The notes beneath the pieces are model-generated. The model made no database searches, was not told the DNA's origin, and saw nothing but the letters and a program-made list of their open reading frames with translations. Position numbers and translations under genes: made by a program. 56,526 bases of DNA, from NCBI GenBank assembly GCA_040883225.1, contig JBFLKP010000169.1, positions 1 to 56,526 of the forward strand. The letters are read 5' to 3'. The DNA comes from Candidatus Limnocylindrales bacterium. Lineage in GTDB: Bacteria; Chloroflexota; Limnocylindria; Limnocylindrales; CSP1-4. Positions 26,268 through 34,678 of the stretch are shown piece after piece. How positions within the stretch are numbered: position 1 is the first letter of the stretch; each line of letters starts with the position of its first letter.

Positions 26268-26867
26268 TCAGCCTCCCACTGGGTTCCGCTCTCCGGCTTC
26301 GATGCGCACCGGGAGCCAGTTCTCCATCGGCGGCAGCGGGCAGGAGTAGGCGGGAGCGTAGGCGCAGAAGGGAGCGTAGGCAAGGTTGAAGTCGAGGTCG
26401 TAGGTCCCGTCCTCCTGTTCCGCGAGGTCCAGGTAGCGGCCAGCCTCGTAGGTCTCGTCGACGTTGGTCGCATCACGGAAGGGCACGAACAGCTCGTCCT
26501 CTGCGGAGCCCACCAGCTGCAGCGCCACGAGCTGGTAGCCGACGCCGTCGATGGCGAAGTCGAAGGTCCCCACGCGCCGGCCGTGGCGGACGCCGCCATC
26601 GGTCGCCTGGACGTGGATCTCCTCCTCGAGGTCGTCGGGCAGAGGACCGAGGTCGAGATACTCGAAGCGCAGCGCCGGGTTCACCGCGTAGTAGTGCAGG
26701 CCGCCGAACGAGGCCCGCTCCCCGGCCGGGATGGGGCTGCGTGCTGAGCGCTTGAAGTACTGGTCCTTGCTCAGGCGCTGGGACTTGACCCACGTCCGGT
26801 AGTCAGCAGGCGTCACCTGGTCGTCGTGGGTGTGCGGATGGTCGTGGTGCGGATGGTCGATCGTCAC
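26268..26867 (-). CDS. DUF1684 domain protein with His-rich N-terminus
   Basis: Motifs YRTWVKSQRLSKDQYF...SPIP..ERASFGGLHYYAVNPALRF ... CPLPPMENWLPVRIEAGE are typical of DUF1684. Start tentatively at GTG 26867, giving VTIDHPHHDHPHTHDD. The rest of the 430-aa track ORF overlaps the next gene in another frame. Confidence 0.7.
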   Translation of the reverse strand: MTIDHPHHDHPHTHDDQVTPADYRTWVKSQRLSKDQYFKRSARSPIPAGERASFGGLHYYAVNPALRFEYLDLGPLPDDLEEEIHVQATDGGVRHGRRVGTFDFAIDGVGYQLVALQLVGSAEDELFVPFRDATNVDETYEAGRYLDLAEQEDGTYDLDFNLAYAPFCAYAPAYSCPLPPMENWLPVRIEAGERNPVGG

Positions 26868-26997
26868 ACTCCCATTCTGACGAACACAGCGCGCGCTGGA
26901 CGTGCTTCGCCGCCGCGGCACTCGCTGAGCGCGCCAAGTCCTGCCGCCCCTGACGGTCGACCGGTACCCCGGCGTGACCGGCCGCAGAGTCCGGGCA

Positions 26998-27738
26998 TCA
27001 GACCTCGGGCTGAGCCGCGGCGCTCTCCTTGCCCAGGGCCTCGATGACGTCGGCATAGGTCTCGAGCGCGTCTCGACCCTTGGGCGTGAGCTGGTAGATG
27101 CCGCGATCGACCCGCTGGAACCAGCCATAGACGTCGCGATAGAGCAACCCGGCGGCCTTCGCGACGCCGGTCGCCCGAGCGACCTCGGCGGCCTTCGTCG
27201 GGCCCCGAGTCCCCAGCACCGCCGCGCAGCGCAGTGCGTCCTGGCGGTAGGCCGTGACGATCGGCCGCCTGGTCGTTCCGCCGGTGTTGGGGTCGCCCAC
27301 GCGATGGGCGAACTCCTTGAGCAGGAGGCCCTGTCGACGGCGGTTCGGTCGCGGCTTGTAGGGCGCCGGGTCCAGCATCGGCTCGACGAGCGCAGGTCTG
27401 CGCGCGGTCGGCGCGTGGACGGCCAGGAGGCCCAGGCCCAGGCGGCGGCAGAGCTTGAGGATGGCCCGGCCCTCCCGCCGCCAGATGGAGCCCGGGGCGG
27501 GCTTCGATGGGACGCCCACAGCGAGGTAGACCTCCTCGGAGAGCGCCAGCCGGTCGACACCCTGGAGCACGAGCGGCAAGGTGAAGGCGGTCTTGAGCTC
27601 GATGATCACCGGCCGCTCGTCGCCGCGGCGCGCCACGAGGTCGCAGCCCACGATCTCCGACTTGACCTCGTAGCCCTGCCCCTCGAGGAACGCCTTCAGC
27701 GGCGCGTACAGGTCCGTCTCTCGTTCGAAGCCCACCAC
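26998..27738 (-). CDS. DUF2161-like protein (endonuclease-fold N-domain plus winged-helix C-domain)
   Basis: ETDLYAPLKAFLEGQGYEVKSEIVGCDLVARRGDERPVIIELK...LQGVDR matches my recollection of DUF2161. C-terminal wHTH-like region (TKAAEVARATGV...). GTG GTG start at 27738/27735. Confidence 0.6.
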   Translation of the reverse strand: MVGFERETDLYAPLKAFLEGQGYEVKSEIVGCDLVARRGDERPVIIELKTAFTLPLVLQGVDRLALSEEVYLAVGVPSKPAPGSIWRREGRAILKLCRRLGLGLLAVHAPTARRPALVEPMLDPAPYKPRPNRRRQGLLLKEFAHRVGDPNTGGTTRRPIVTAYRQDALRCAAVLGTRGPTKAAEVARATGVAKAAGLLYRDVYGWFQRVDRGIYQLTPKGRDALETYADVIEALGKESAAAQPEV

Positions 27739-27783
27739 GGCACCTGAGTCTATCGGTACCCTGAGGGCACAAGGAGGTGCGCC

Positions 27784-27981
27784 GTGCCCCGACGCCCCAT
27801 GACGTCCGACCAGAAGCGAGCTCTCGCAATCCTCATCATCACCGGGGTCGTCATCATCATCCTGGCCATCGGCGTGGGCTGGATCGCGACGTCGCTGGGT
27901 GCGCCGCTCTGGCTCGCGCTGGCCATCGTCGTCGTGGTCACCGCAGTCGTGGGCCTGTTCATGTTCCTGGAGATGTCCTGA
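27784..27981 (+). CDS. small two-TM membrane protein
   Basis: 65 aa. GTG 27784 is preceded by AAGGAGG (27771-27777) with 6-nt spacing. Two hydrophobic helices. Its stop TGA (27979-27981) lies 1 nt before the GNAT start. Confidence 0.6.
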   Translation: MPRRPMTSDQKRALAILIITGVVIIILAIGVGWIATSLGAPLWLALAIVVVVTAVVGLFMFLEMS

Positions 27982-27982
27982 C

Positions 27983-28576
27983 GTGCTCCGCATCGAGCGC
28001 GCGGCGCTCTCGGACATGGCGGGGGTCTATCGTGTCTGCCTTCTGACCGGCGACGCGGGTGGCGATGCCACTGCGCTCCACCCCGACCCGGACCTGCCGG
28101 GCCATGTCTACGCCGGCCCGTACCTCGCCGTCGCCGGCGGCACGCAGCTGGTCGTGGTCGATGAGCAGGGCGTCGCCGGATACATGCTCTCGGTCGACGA
28201 CACCGCGGCCTTCGACGCCTGGGCCGAGGCCCGCTGGTGGCCGCCACTGCGTGAGCGCTACGCTCGGCGTGACGAGGTCTCGCCAGCGGCACGCATCATC
28301 GACCTCATCCACGATCCGCCGGCGCGCGAGGCCGGGCTGCTGGAGCGGTTCCCGGCGCATTTCCACATCGACCTCCTCGAGCGTTCGCGTGGCGCCGGCC
28401 TCGGCCGCGAGTTGCTGGAGCGACTCTTCGCCGAGCTCCGTGACCGAAGGGTGCCCGGCGTGCACATGGGCGTGGACAAGTCCAACGCCAACGCCATCGG
28501 CTTCTACGAGCACCTCGGCTTCCGCACGCTCGGCCAGAGCGCCGGCGGGGTGACCATGGGCATGCCTCTGGGCTAG
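27983..28576 (+). CDS. GNAT-family N-acetyltransferase
   Basis: GTG 27983, in frame within the track ORF. Acetyl-CoA motif LLERSRGAGLGRELLERL and NANAIGFYEHLGFR. Confidence 0.8.
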   Translation: MLRIERAALSDMAGVYRVCLLTGDAGGDATALHPDPDLPGHVYAGPYLAVAGGTQLVVVDEQGVAGYMLSVDDTAAFDAWAEARWWPPLRERYARRDEVSPAARIIDLIHDPPAREAGLLERFPAHFHIDLLERSRGAGLGRELLERLFAELRDRRVPGVHMGVDKSNANAIGFYEHLGFRTLGQSAGGVTMGMPLG

Positions 28577-29079
28577 GGCCTGCGCAGCCCCTCGACGACG
28601 TCATCCATCGCTCGGCCCACCACCATCTGGTCCTCGTCCGAGACCTGGCTGAAGTAGTAGTCGTCGATCCCCCGGAGGTGGACCTTGCTCGCGGCACGGA
28701 GCCGCCCGAGGCCCTTCTGGGTGAGCATGGCTTCCGACCCCCGGCCGTCATCGGCGCACTGGCACCGCTCGACCAGGCCATCGCGCTCCAGCCGGTCGAC
28801 GAGGCGGGTCACGCCACTACGCGTGAGCACGATCCCGAGCGCCAGGTCGCTCATGCGCATCCGTCGCTCCTCGGCTTCGGCCAGCTGCAGCAGCGCGGCG
28901 TACTCGAACAGCGAGAGCCCCGTCTCGTTGCGCAGCTCCTCGTCGAGCTGGCGGGTGATGACGCTGTAGGCCGTCAGGAAGCTGCGCCAGCCGGCAAGGC
29001 GTGGATCGCGCGGGGAGACCTCCTCGCGAGGACGCTTGGGCGCGGTGGCGATGGCGGTGGACGCGGCGGACTTGGGCAC
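28573..29079 (-). CDS. MarR-family transcriptional regulator
   Basis: wHTH core LSLFEYAALLQLAEAEERRMRMSDLALGIVLTRSGVTRLVDRLERDGLVER. Start set at GTG 29079, because the upstream 29 codons of the track ORF have AT-rich third positions and contain the operator-like palindromes. Confidence 0.85.
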   Translation of the reverse strand: MPKSAASTAIATAPKRPREEVSPRDPRLAGWRSFLTAYSVITRQLDEELRNETGLSLFEYAALLQLAEAEERRMRMSDLALGIVLTRSGVTRLVDRLERDGLVERCQCADDGRGSEAMLTQKGLGRLRAASKVHLRGIDDYYFSQVSDEDQMVVGRAMDDVVEGLRRP

Positions 29080-29114
29080 GCGTCGATGGTACCGGAAGGG
29101 CGTTCTTGTTGCAT

Positions 29115-29160
29115 GGTCAACTTTCTGATATCGTTGCTCGCGCAACCATATTGGTTGACT
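29115..29160. promoter_or_regulatory. nested inverted repeats (candidate MarR operator) in the marR / yceI divergent intergenic region
   Basis: GGTCAAC(29115-21)-N11-GTTGC(29133-37)-tcgc-GCAAC(29142-46)-N7-GTTGAC(29154-59). The motif CAAC/GTTG alternates four times. Locally AT-richer than the surroundings. TTGACT at 29155-60 could be a -35 element for yceI. Confidence 0.4.
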
Positions 29161-29218
29161 AGACAACTACAAGCGGCTGCAGTGCCGCGCCCAGTGAAGG
29201 AGACAGGAGAGAGCCCAC

Positions 29219-29788
29219 ATGAGCACCTGGAAGATCGACCCCGCCCACACCGACGTGACGTTCTCGGTCAAGCACATGATGATCTCGACCGTCCGCGGCA
29301 AGTTCGGCGATGTGAGCGGCGAGCTGGAGTTGGACCTCGACGCCAACGACCCCACGACCGCGGAGGGCGAGATCCGCCTCGGCGTCGCGAGCATCTCCAC
29401 CGGTAGCGAGCAGCGCGATGCGCACCTGCGCTCGCCGGACTTCTTCTCCGTCGAGCAGTACCCCGAGATCGTGGCCCGCCTGACCGGCGTCGAGCCCGAT
29501 GGCGACGCCTACAAGGTCCACGCCGACGTGACCATCCGGGACGTCACCCGTGCGGTCACCTTCGAGGGCCGCTACCACGGCACCGTGCCAGGCATGGAAG
29601 GCGACCGTCACGCCGGCTTCGAGCTCAGCGCGAACATCGACCGCGAGGCTTGGGGTCTGAACTGGAACATGGCCCTCGAAGCGGGCGGCTGGCTCGTGAG
29701 CAAGGACGTGAAGCTGGCCATCGACGTCGCCGCCGACGAGGTCGCCGGCGCTGCCGACCAGCGCTCGGCCGCGACGGCCGCGGCCTAG
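29219..29788 (+). CDS. YceI-family (polyisoprenoid-binding-like) protein
   Basis: 189 aa. WKIDPAHTDVTFSVKHMMISTVRGKFG ... SISTGSEQRDAHLRSPDFF, the canonical YceI opening. Confidence 0.9.
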   Translation: MSTWKIDPAHTDVTFSVKHMMISTVRGKFGDVSGELELDLDANDPTTAEGEIRLGVASISTGSEQRDAHLRSPDFFSVEQYPEIVARLTGVEPDGDAYKVHADVTIRDVTRAVTFEGRYHGTVPGMEGDRHAGFELSANIDREAWGLNWNMALEAGGWLVSKDVKLAIDVAADEVAGAADQRSAATAAA

Positions 29789-29797
29789 ATATGGATC

Positions 29798-30910
29798 CTA
29801 GCCGGCGAGACGCCCGGGACCCGGCTGCGCTCGCTGGCCAGCGTCAGGCATGACCGCGTCCCGCCACGGCTGGACATAGTCGCGACCGGGTTCCCCGAGG
29901 AGCCCGGTCGCCGACACGTAGGCGGTCAGGCGCAGGCCGTAGTGGAAGGCCGGTCGCAGCCAGTCGTCGAGCTCCGGCGGCGGCGCGATGCGCGAGGCAT
30001 CCACGGCTGCGAGGTAGCCGCTGATCTTGTAGACCTCGGGCACGTTCGGCGGCGACGGCAACCACACCCCCGGTCCGATGTGCTCGGAGCGGTGACCACG
30101 GCCGTCGCGGCCCATGTTCGCGCGCCACGATCGCGCGAGGCGCTCAGCCGCGTCGATGGGCAGGTCGCCGGCGGCGAGGAAGAAGTCCATGACCTCGCTC
30201 TGTCGCGGACCATACCGCGGGTGACCGACCGAGCCCAGCCAGGGGGCCGTACAGCGCATGGCCAGCGAATCGGCGACGCGCACGCCACGAACCATGAGCC
30301 CCGCGAGCGCTTCCCGGAAGAATTCCTCGAGCAGGATCCACTGGGCGTAGAGGTTGGCCACCAACAGGCCCGTGGGCAGCAGTCGGCCCAGCCGGGGCAG
30401 GTTGGGCGAGGGCTCGTCGACCGTCCGCTCCCAGACACGCTCGACCTCGTCGCGCAGGGCTTGCGACCGGGCCCACAGCTCCGGTCCCAGGTACTCGCGA
30501 TAGAGCTCCAGGGCCGGCGGCGGCGAGTCGCCGAGGCTGTAGTTGACGCGGGCGCGCTCGTCCGGGCTCAAGGTGGCGATCGAGTGCAGGAACGCGTGGA
30601 TCTCGGCGGTGTGGCGACCAAGGTGGTCGAGGTCCACGTGCCGTGCCCGCGGGGCCCTTCGCGGCGTCGCCTCCGCCTCGGGTGTCGAGCGGACCGGGCG
30701 GGGGGCGCGCAGCAACGCTCGCCGCTCAGGGTCCAGGAGCCAGTCGCGCGCCACGTTGAGGCGCTTCGTCTGCTCCAGTCCCGCCGAACCGGCGATGTCA
30801 GGGTGCGCCTCACGGATGCGCACCTTGTATGCGAGCTGGATGACGATCTCGTCCGCGTCGGGCCCTACGCCGAGGACCTCGTACGGATCGAAGCCTGGGG
30901 TCTCGATCAT
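29798..30910 (-). CDS. J-domain (DnaJ-like) protein with uncharacterised roughly 290-aa C-terminal region
   Basis: N-terminus DPYEVLGVGPDADEIVIQLAYKVRIREAHPDIAG contains the HPD tripeptide. The remainder matches no family I recognise. Confidence 0.7.
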   Translation of the reverse strand: MIETPGFDPYEVLGVGPDADEIVIQLAYKVRIREAHPDIAGSAGLEQTKRLNVARDWLLDPERRALLRAPRPVRSTPEAEATPRRAPRARHVDLDHLGRHTAEIHAFLHSIATLSPDERARVNYSLGDSPPPALELYREYLGPELWARSQALRDEVERVWERTVDEPSPNLPRLGRLLPTGLLVANLYAQWILLEEFFREALAGLMVRGVRVADSLAMRCTAPWLGSVGHPRYGPRQSEVMDFFLAAGDLPIDAAERLARSWRANMGRDGRGHRSEHIGPGVWLPSPPNVPEVYKISGYLAAVDASRIAPPPELDDWLRPAFHYGLRLTAYVSATGLLGEPGRDYVQPWRDAVMPDAGQRAQPGPGRLAG

Positions 30911-30954
30911 CGGAGGCGCAGCCTACCGCTACCGCGCGATTCGTGATGGCATCG

Positions 30955-32190
30955 CTAGAGGCGAGCGGGCCGGAAGGGTTCCAGCGCCGAAGACTCCTCA
31001 CCGCGCAGGATGAGCCGCGAGATGGCTTCGGCGCTGCTCGGCGCCAGCGTCAGGCCGAGCATGGCGTGGCCCGTCGAGACATACCCGTTGCTCAGGCCCG
31101 CGATCCGGCCGATGAGCGGCAGCCCGTCTGCGGTCAGCGGGCGCAGGCCGGCTCCGATGGCTGCCGCGGATGGCACGGCCCAGTCGCGCAGGTACCTGCC
31201 GGGGGCACGACCGATGGCTGCGGTCCGGACCGGGTCGATCCGTTCATCGAGCTTCCCCAGCTCCATGGTGCCGGCGAGGCGTAATCGGCCGTCCAGCGGC
31301 GTGGCTGCCACCCTGGCCTCGGTCAGGTAGGTCGGTCGCCGCAATCGATGCGCGGGCAGATCGAGGCTGTAGCCCTTGCCCGGCCGGACCGGCAGGTTGG
31401 CCCCGAAGGCTCTCGCGAGCGGACCGGACCAGGCCCCAGCGGCCAGCAGGAACGCATCCGCCGGGAAGCGCTGCTCCCCGCCGCTCACGGCCCTGACACG
31501 GTCCCCGTCGCGCTCGACGTCGTCGACCGGCACGGCTTCCACGACCCTGACGCCCTGGGCCTCACAGCCCGCTCGCAACGCACGCCCAAGGCTGGCCGGG
31601 TCCACATGCCGCTCGTGCGGGTAGTAGACGCCACCGTGGACGTGCTCGGTGAGCGCCGGCTCGTGGTCCCGCACGGCGTCACCCTCGAGCACCTGTGGCT
31701 CCAGTCCGGCCGTTTCCGCGAGGTCGATGTGGTCGAGGTGCGCGGCCATCGCATCCGACCCGAGGAACGTCACGAGCAGGCCGTCGCGGTGCATCTCGAA
31801 TGTGAGACCGTCATCGGCATAGGTATCGAGATGGCCCATCGTGTCCTCGGCCAGGCGCATGAGCGCCTCCATGCCCGCACGCTGGTCGGCACGGTTGCAG
31901 TGGCGAGCCATGCGCAGCATGAAGCGCAGGAAGGAGGGGTCCAGCGACGGGCGCACGTAGAACGGACTGTCGCGGCGCAGCATCCAGCGCAGGGCCTGGC
32001 TGACCATCCCCGGTGCCGGCACGGGACCCGATTCCGCGGGGCAGACCCAGCCCGCGTTGACCTCGCTCGCGCCTCGTCCGGTCTGGCGTGCGTCGACGAT
32101 CGTCACCTGCGCCCCGTCACGGGCCAGGTGATAGGCGCTCGTGAGGCCGATGATCCCGCCGCCGATGACCACGACCTGCACCGAGCCCAT
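30955..32190 (-). CDS. FAD-dependent oxidoreductase, D-amino-acid dehydrogenase (DadA)-like
   Basis: 411 aa. Dinucleotide fold VVVIGGGIIGLTSAYHLARDG and the DAO-family length and layout. The ATG immediately follows the TGA of the upstream hydrolase (TGAATG at 32188-32193). Confidence 0.8.
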   Translation of the reverse strand: MGSVQVVVIGGGIIGLTSAYHLARDGAQVTIVDARQTGRGASEVNAGWVCPAESGPVPAPGMVSQALRWMLRRDSPFYVRPSLDPSFLRFMLRMARHCNRADQRAGMEALMRLAEDTMGHLDTYADDGLTFEMHRDGLLVTFLGSDAMAAHLDHIDLAETAGLEPQVLEGDAVRDHEPALTEHVHGGVYYPHERHVDPASLGRALRAGCEAQGVRVVEAVPVDDVERDGDRVRAVSGGEQRFPADAFLLAAGAWSGPLARAFGANLPVRPGKGYSLDLPAHRLRRPTYLTEARVAATPLDGRLRLAGTMELGKLDERIDPVRTAAIGRAPGRYLRDWAVPSAAAIGAGLRPLTADGLPLIGRIAGLSNGYVSTGHAMLGLTLAPSSAEAISRLILRGEESSALEPFRPARL

Positions 32191-34023
32191 TCAGGCGTCC
32201 GGGTCGAAGCGTCGGAAGGTGGACTCGCCTCCGGGCCCTCGAGCGACGTAGGCCACGACCTCACCGTCCTCCTCGATGAACTCGAAACCGACCGCCGGGC
32301 TCATGCGTACCCGCCAGACCTCGTCCTCGTCGGGCGGGAAGAGCTCCAGTGGTTCGAGCGTCTCGGGGATGCGCACGGCCAGTCGGCCCTCCTGTAGCAG
32401 CACCTCCACCTCACGACCGGAGCCCTCCTCGCGGTACCAGCCGAGGTAGGGCTCGACGGCGCCGGGCTCGAGGGCCACCTCGACCTCCGGCACCGGCTTG
32501 CCCTTGGGCACATCGAACGTGCTGCCGCCCTGGTGGAGGCGCAAGCCGATGACCGCGCCCGCCTCGTCGCGCGCGAAGTCGAGCTCCGCACCGGGTGCGC
32601 CGCGCAGAGCCCAGCGCCCTTCGCCGACCGCATCGAGCGGGAAGATGAACTGACTGGGGATGTCGAGCGCCAACTGGGCGTCGCGCCAGAGGATCTCGAA
32701 GGGCTCTCGGCGGAAGGGTCCGAAATCGGCCGTGTAGGTGCCCAGGACGTCGGCGTACTCGTGCGGCACCTGCGCCGCGGGCCCTATCGCAGGCTCGAGC
32801 AGCAGCCGCGCGATCTCCGCCTCGAGGCGGATCGGCGTCGAGCCTCCACGGGACTGGGTGAAGTAGAGGACCATCAGATCGCGCTCCGGCCAGGCCCAAG
32901 CGATGGTGCCGTCCGAGCCGCTGTAGCCGACGATCTCCGCCTCAGCTCCGGCAGGCGGCCGGCCGTCGACGGGCTCCCCGTCCACGTGCAGCACCGCCAT
33001 CTGCCCGTGGTAGACGTGCAGGTCCGGGAACCGTGTCGGATAGGGTGCATCAGACCCCAGCGAGCCCATCGGCGTCTTCGGCGTGAGCATCCGAGCGACG
33101 GCCTCGGGCGAAAGCACCTCGCGTCCGTCGGTCGCACCGTCATCGAGCCACATGGCCAGGAAACGGGCGTAGTCGCGCGGGCTGGTGTAGAGGCTCTGCG
33201 AGCCCCACGCGAAGGGATAGAACGGCTCGGACTCTGGCCCCCAGAACCGCGTCCACTCACCGACCCCGCCGACGTACAGGCTGGCGGTGTGCTCGAGCAG
33301 AGCCGCGTCGACAGTGCCTGCGTAGTAGCTGTCCTCCATCCCGAGGGGATCGAGCAGGCGCTCGGCGACGTAGTCCGCCAGGGACATGCCCGAGGCCTGC
33401 TCGACGACCGCGCCGAGCGTGTCGGTCCCGGCGTCGCTGTACCAGAACCGGCTGCCGGGCTCGAACTCCGGACCACCGCGGCCGACGGCATCGGCCAGGG
33501 CTGCGAGGCTCTCGTACTCGTCGGTCGACTGCACGATCGAGAGCGGCAGGCCGCTCGTGTGCGTGAGCAGCTGTTCGATGGTGATCGCTCCCGAGGCCTC
33601 GTTGGCGAAGCCCGGCAGGTGGTCCGCGACCCGATCGTCGAGCTCGAGCAGACCGTCGTCGACGAGCGTCTGCGCAGCGGCACCGGTGAGCGGCTTGGTC
33701 ATGGAGCGGATGTTGAAGAGCGTGTCGGGCTCCATGGGCGCCTCGGTCTCGCGATCGCGCCAGCCGAAGGCTTCGTGCAACACCGTCTGGCGATCCTTGA
33801 TCACCAGCAGCTCCGCGCCCACGACCATCTCGCGTTCGACGTAGGCGGCGACCTCGTCGGCCAGCTGTTCGAGGGCCACGGACGACAAGCCGACGCTCTC
33901 CGGCACGGCGGACGGGAACGGCTCCTGCGGCCCTTCGGCCGCGGCCGGTGTGATCGTGGTCGCCAGCAGGAACGCCGTGGCCGCCATTGCGAGACCGATG
34001 CCGTGGTCGCGCGGCTGTCTCAT
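32191..34023 (-). CDS. secreted beta-lactamase-fold serine hydrolase (class C / DD-peptidase / D-aminopeptidase-like) with roughly 230-aa C-terminal extension
   Basis: Start ATG 34023 (AAGGGGG SD 6 nt upstream). Signal peptide GLAMAATAFLLATTITPAAA. SxxK motif in NIRSMTKPLT, and YSDAG (Y-x-N-like position). Confidence 0.8.
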   Translation of the reverse strand: MRQPRDHGIGLAMAATAFLLATTITPAAAEGPQEPFPSAVPESVGLSSVALEQLADEVAAYVEREMVVGAELLVIKDRQTVLHEAFGWRDRETEAPMEPDTLFNIRSMTKPLTGAAAQTLVDDGLLELDDRVADHLPGFANEASGAITIEQLLTHTSGLPLSIVQSTDEYESLAALADAVGRGGPEFEPGSRFWYSDAGTDTLGAVVEQASGMSLADYVAERLLDPLGMEDSYYAGTVDAALLEHTASLYVGGVGEWTRFWGPESEPFYPFAWGSQSLYTSPRDYARFLAMWLDDGATDGREVLSPEAVARMLTPKTPMGSLGSDAPYPTRFPDLHVYHGQMAVLHVDGEPVDGRPPAGAEAEIVGYSGSDGTIAWAWPERDLMVLYFTQSRGGSTPIRLEAEIARLLLEPAIGPAAQVPHEYADVLGTYTADFGPFRREPFEILWRDAQLALDIPSQFIFPLDAVGEGRWALRGAPGAELDFARDEAGAVIGLRLHQGGSTFDVPKGKPVPEVEVALEPGAVEPYLGWYREEGSGREVEVLLQEGRLAVRIPETLEPLELFPPDEDEVWRVRMSPAVGFEFIEEDGEVVAYVARGPGGESTFRRFDPDA

Positions 34024-34087
34024 CGTGGACCCCCTTTGCTGCGTCTCGAGGCTAGCCATGGTCAGCGTCCGCTCCAAGAGCCGGACG

Positions 34088-34675
34088 TCATGCGCTGGCC
34101 GCCCGTTCCTCGGCGAGCGCGAGGTCAGCCCGCGTATTGACGTTGAAGAAGGTCTCGGATGCGTCGCTCATGTCCACGCTCTCGACTGCGCGCTCGTCGA
34201 GCCAGCGCCGGATGGCCCGCCCGCCGGCGCGGTACCAGGCTGCCAGCTCGTCGGCCATGGGGCGTGAGAGCAGCAGCACCAGGTGCTGGCGCTGCTCCCC
34301 GCTTCGAGGCACGGCGATGCCCCGTACCTCGGCCGTCGGCCCCAGGCGCGCCACGAGGCGGGGGTCAGGGAAGGGCGTATCACCCGGATGCAGCAGGATC
34401 CAGTCGGTCTCGACCGTTCCGAGGGCGCTGGTCACGCCCCCGAGGGGACCCTGACCCGGCTGCGCGTCCACCACAACGTCATGTCCCAGCTCGGCATACG
34501 GCGCAGCGTCTCGCCCGCAGCTCAGCACGATCCGGCCGACCTGCGGCGCCAGGCCCGAGAGGGTGTGGCTCACCAGCGGCCGTCCGGCGACCGGCGTGAG
34601 CGTCTTGTCGACCGCTCCCAGCCGCGATCCGGCACCGCCGCAGAGGACGATGGCGGTGACATCGTCGATGCGCAT
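34088..34675 (-). CDS. mobA: molybdenum cofactor guanylyltransferase MobA
   Basis: 195 aa. AIVLCGGAGSRLGAVDKTL and HPGDTPF motifs. 3 nt downstream of fdhD. Confidence 0.85.
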   Translation of the reverse strand: MRIDDVTAIVLCGGAGSRLGAVDKTLTPVAGRPLVSHTLSGLAPQVGRIVLSCGRDAAPYAELGHDVVVDAQPGQGPLGGVTSALGTVETDWILLHPGDTPFPDPRLVARLGPTAEVRGIAVPRSGEQRQHLVLLLSRPMADELAAWYRAGGRAIRRWLDERAVESVDMSDASETFFNVNTRADLALAEERAASA

Positions 34676-34678
34676 GGC

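Noticed and set aside
26268-27560. A 430-aa minus-strand ORF suggests a large DUF1684 fusion protein.
   Set aside because: Upstream of about 26870 the frame is Arg/Ser/Pro-rich. It overlaps the well-supported DUF2161-like gene (26998-27738), which is in another frame. Only the 3' 600 nt carry DUF1684 motifs.
27784-28576. The small ORF plus GNAT as a GNAT-toxin/antitoxin (TacT/AtaT-like) pair.
   Set aside because: The upstream partner is a hydrophobic two-TM peptide, not an RHH or HTH antitoxin. The GNAT resembles ordinary acetyltransferases, and no TA-typical autoregulatory palindrome is present.
28573-29166. ATG 29166 as the MarR start (197 aa).
   Set aside because: The first 29 codons have A/T-rich third positions, unlike every other gene here, and they coincide with the operator-like palindromes. 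GTG 29079 gives a normal-length MarR.
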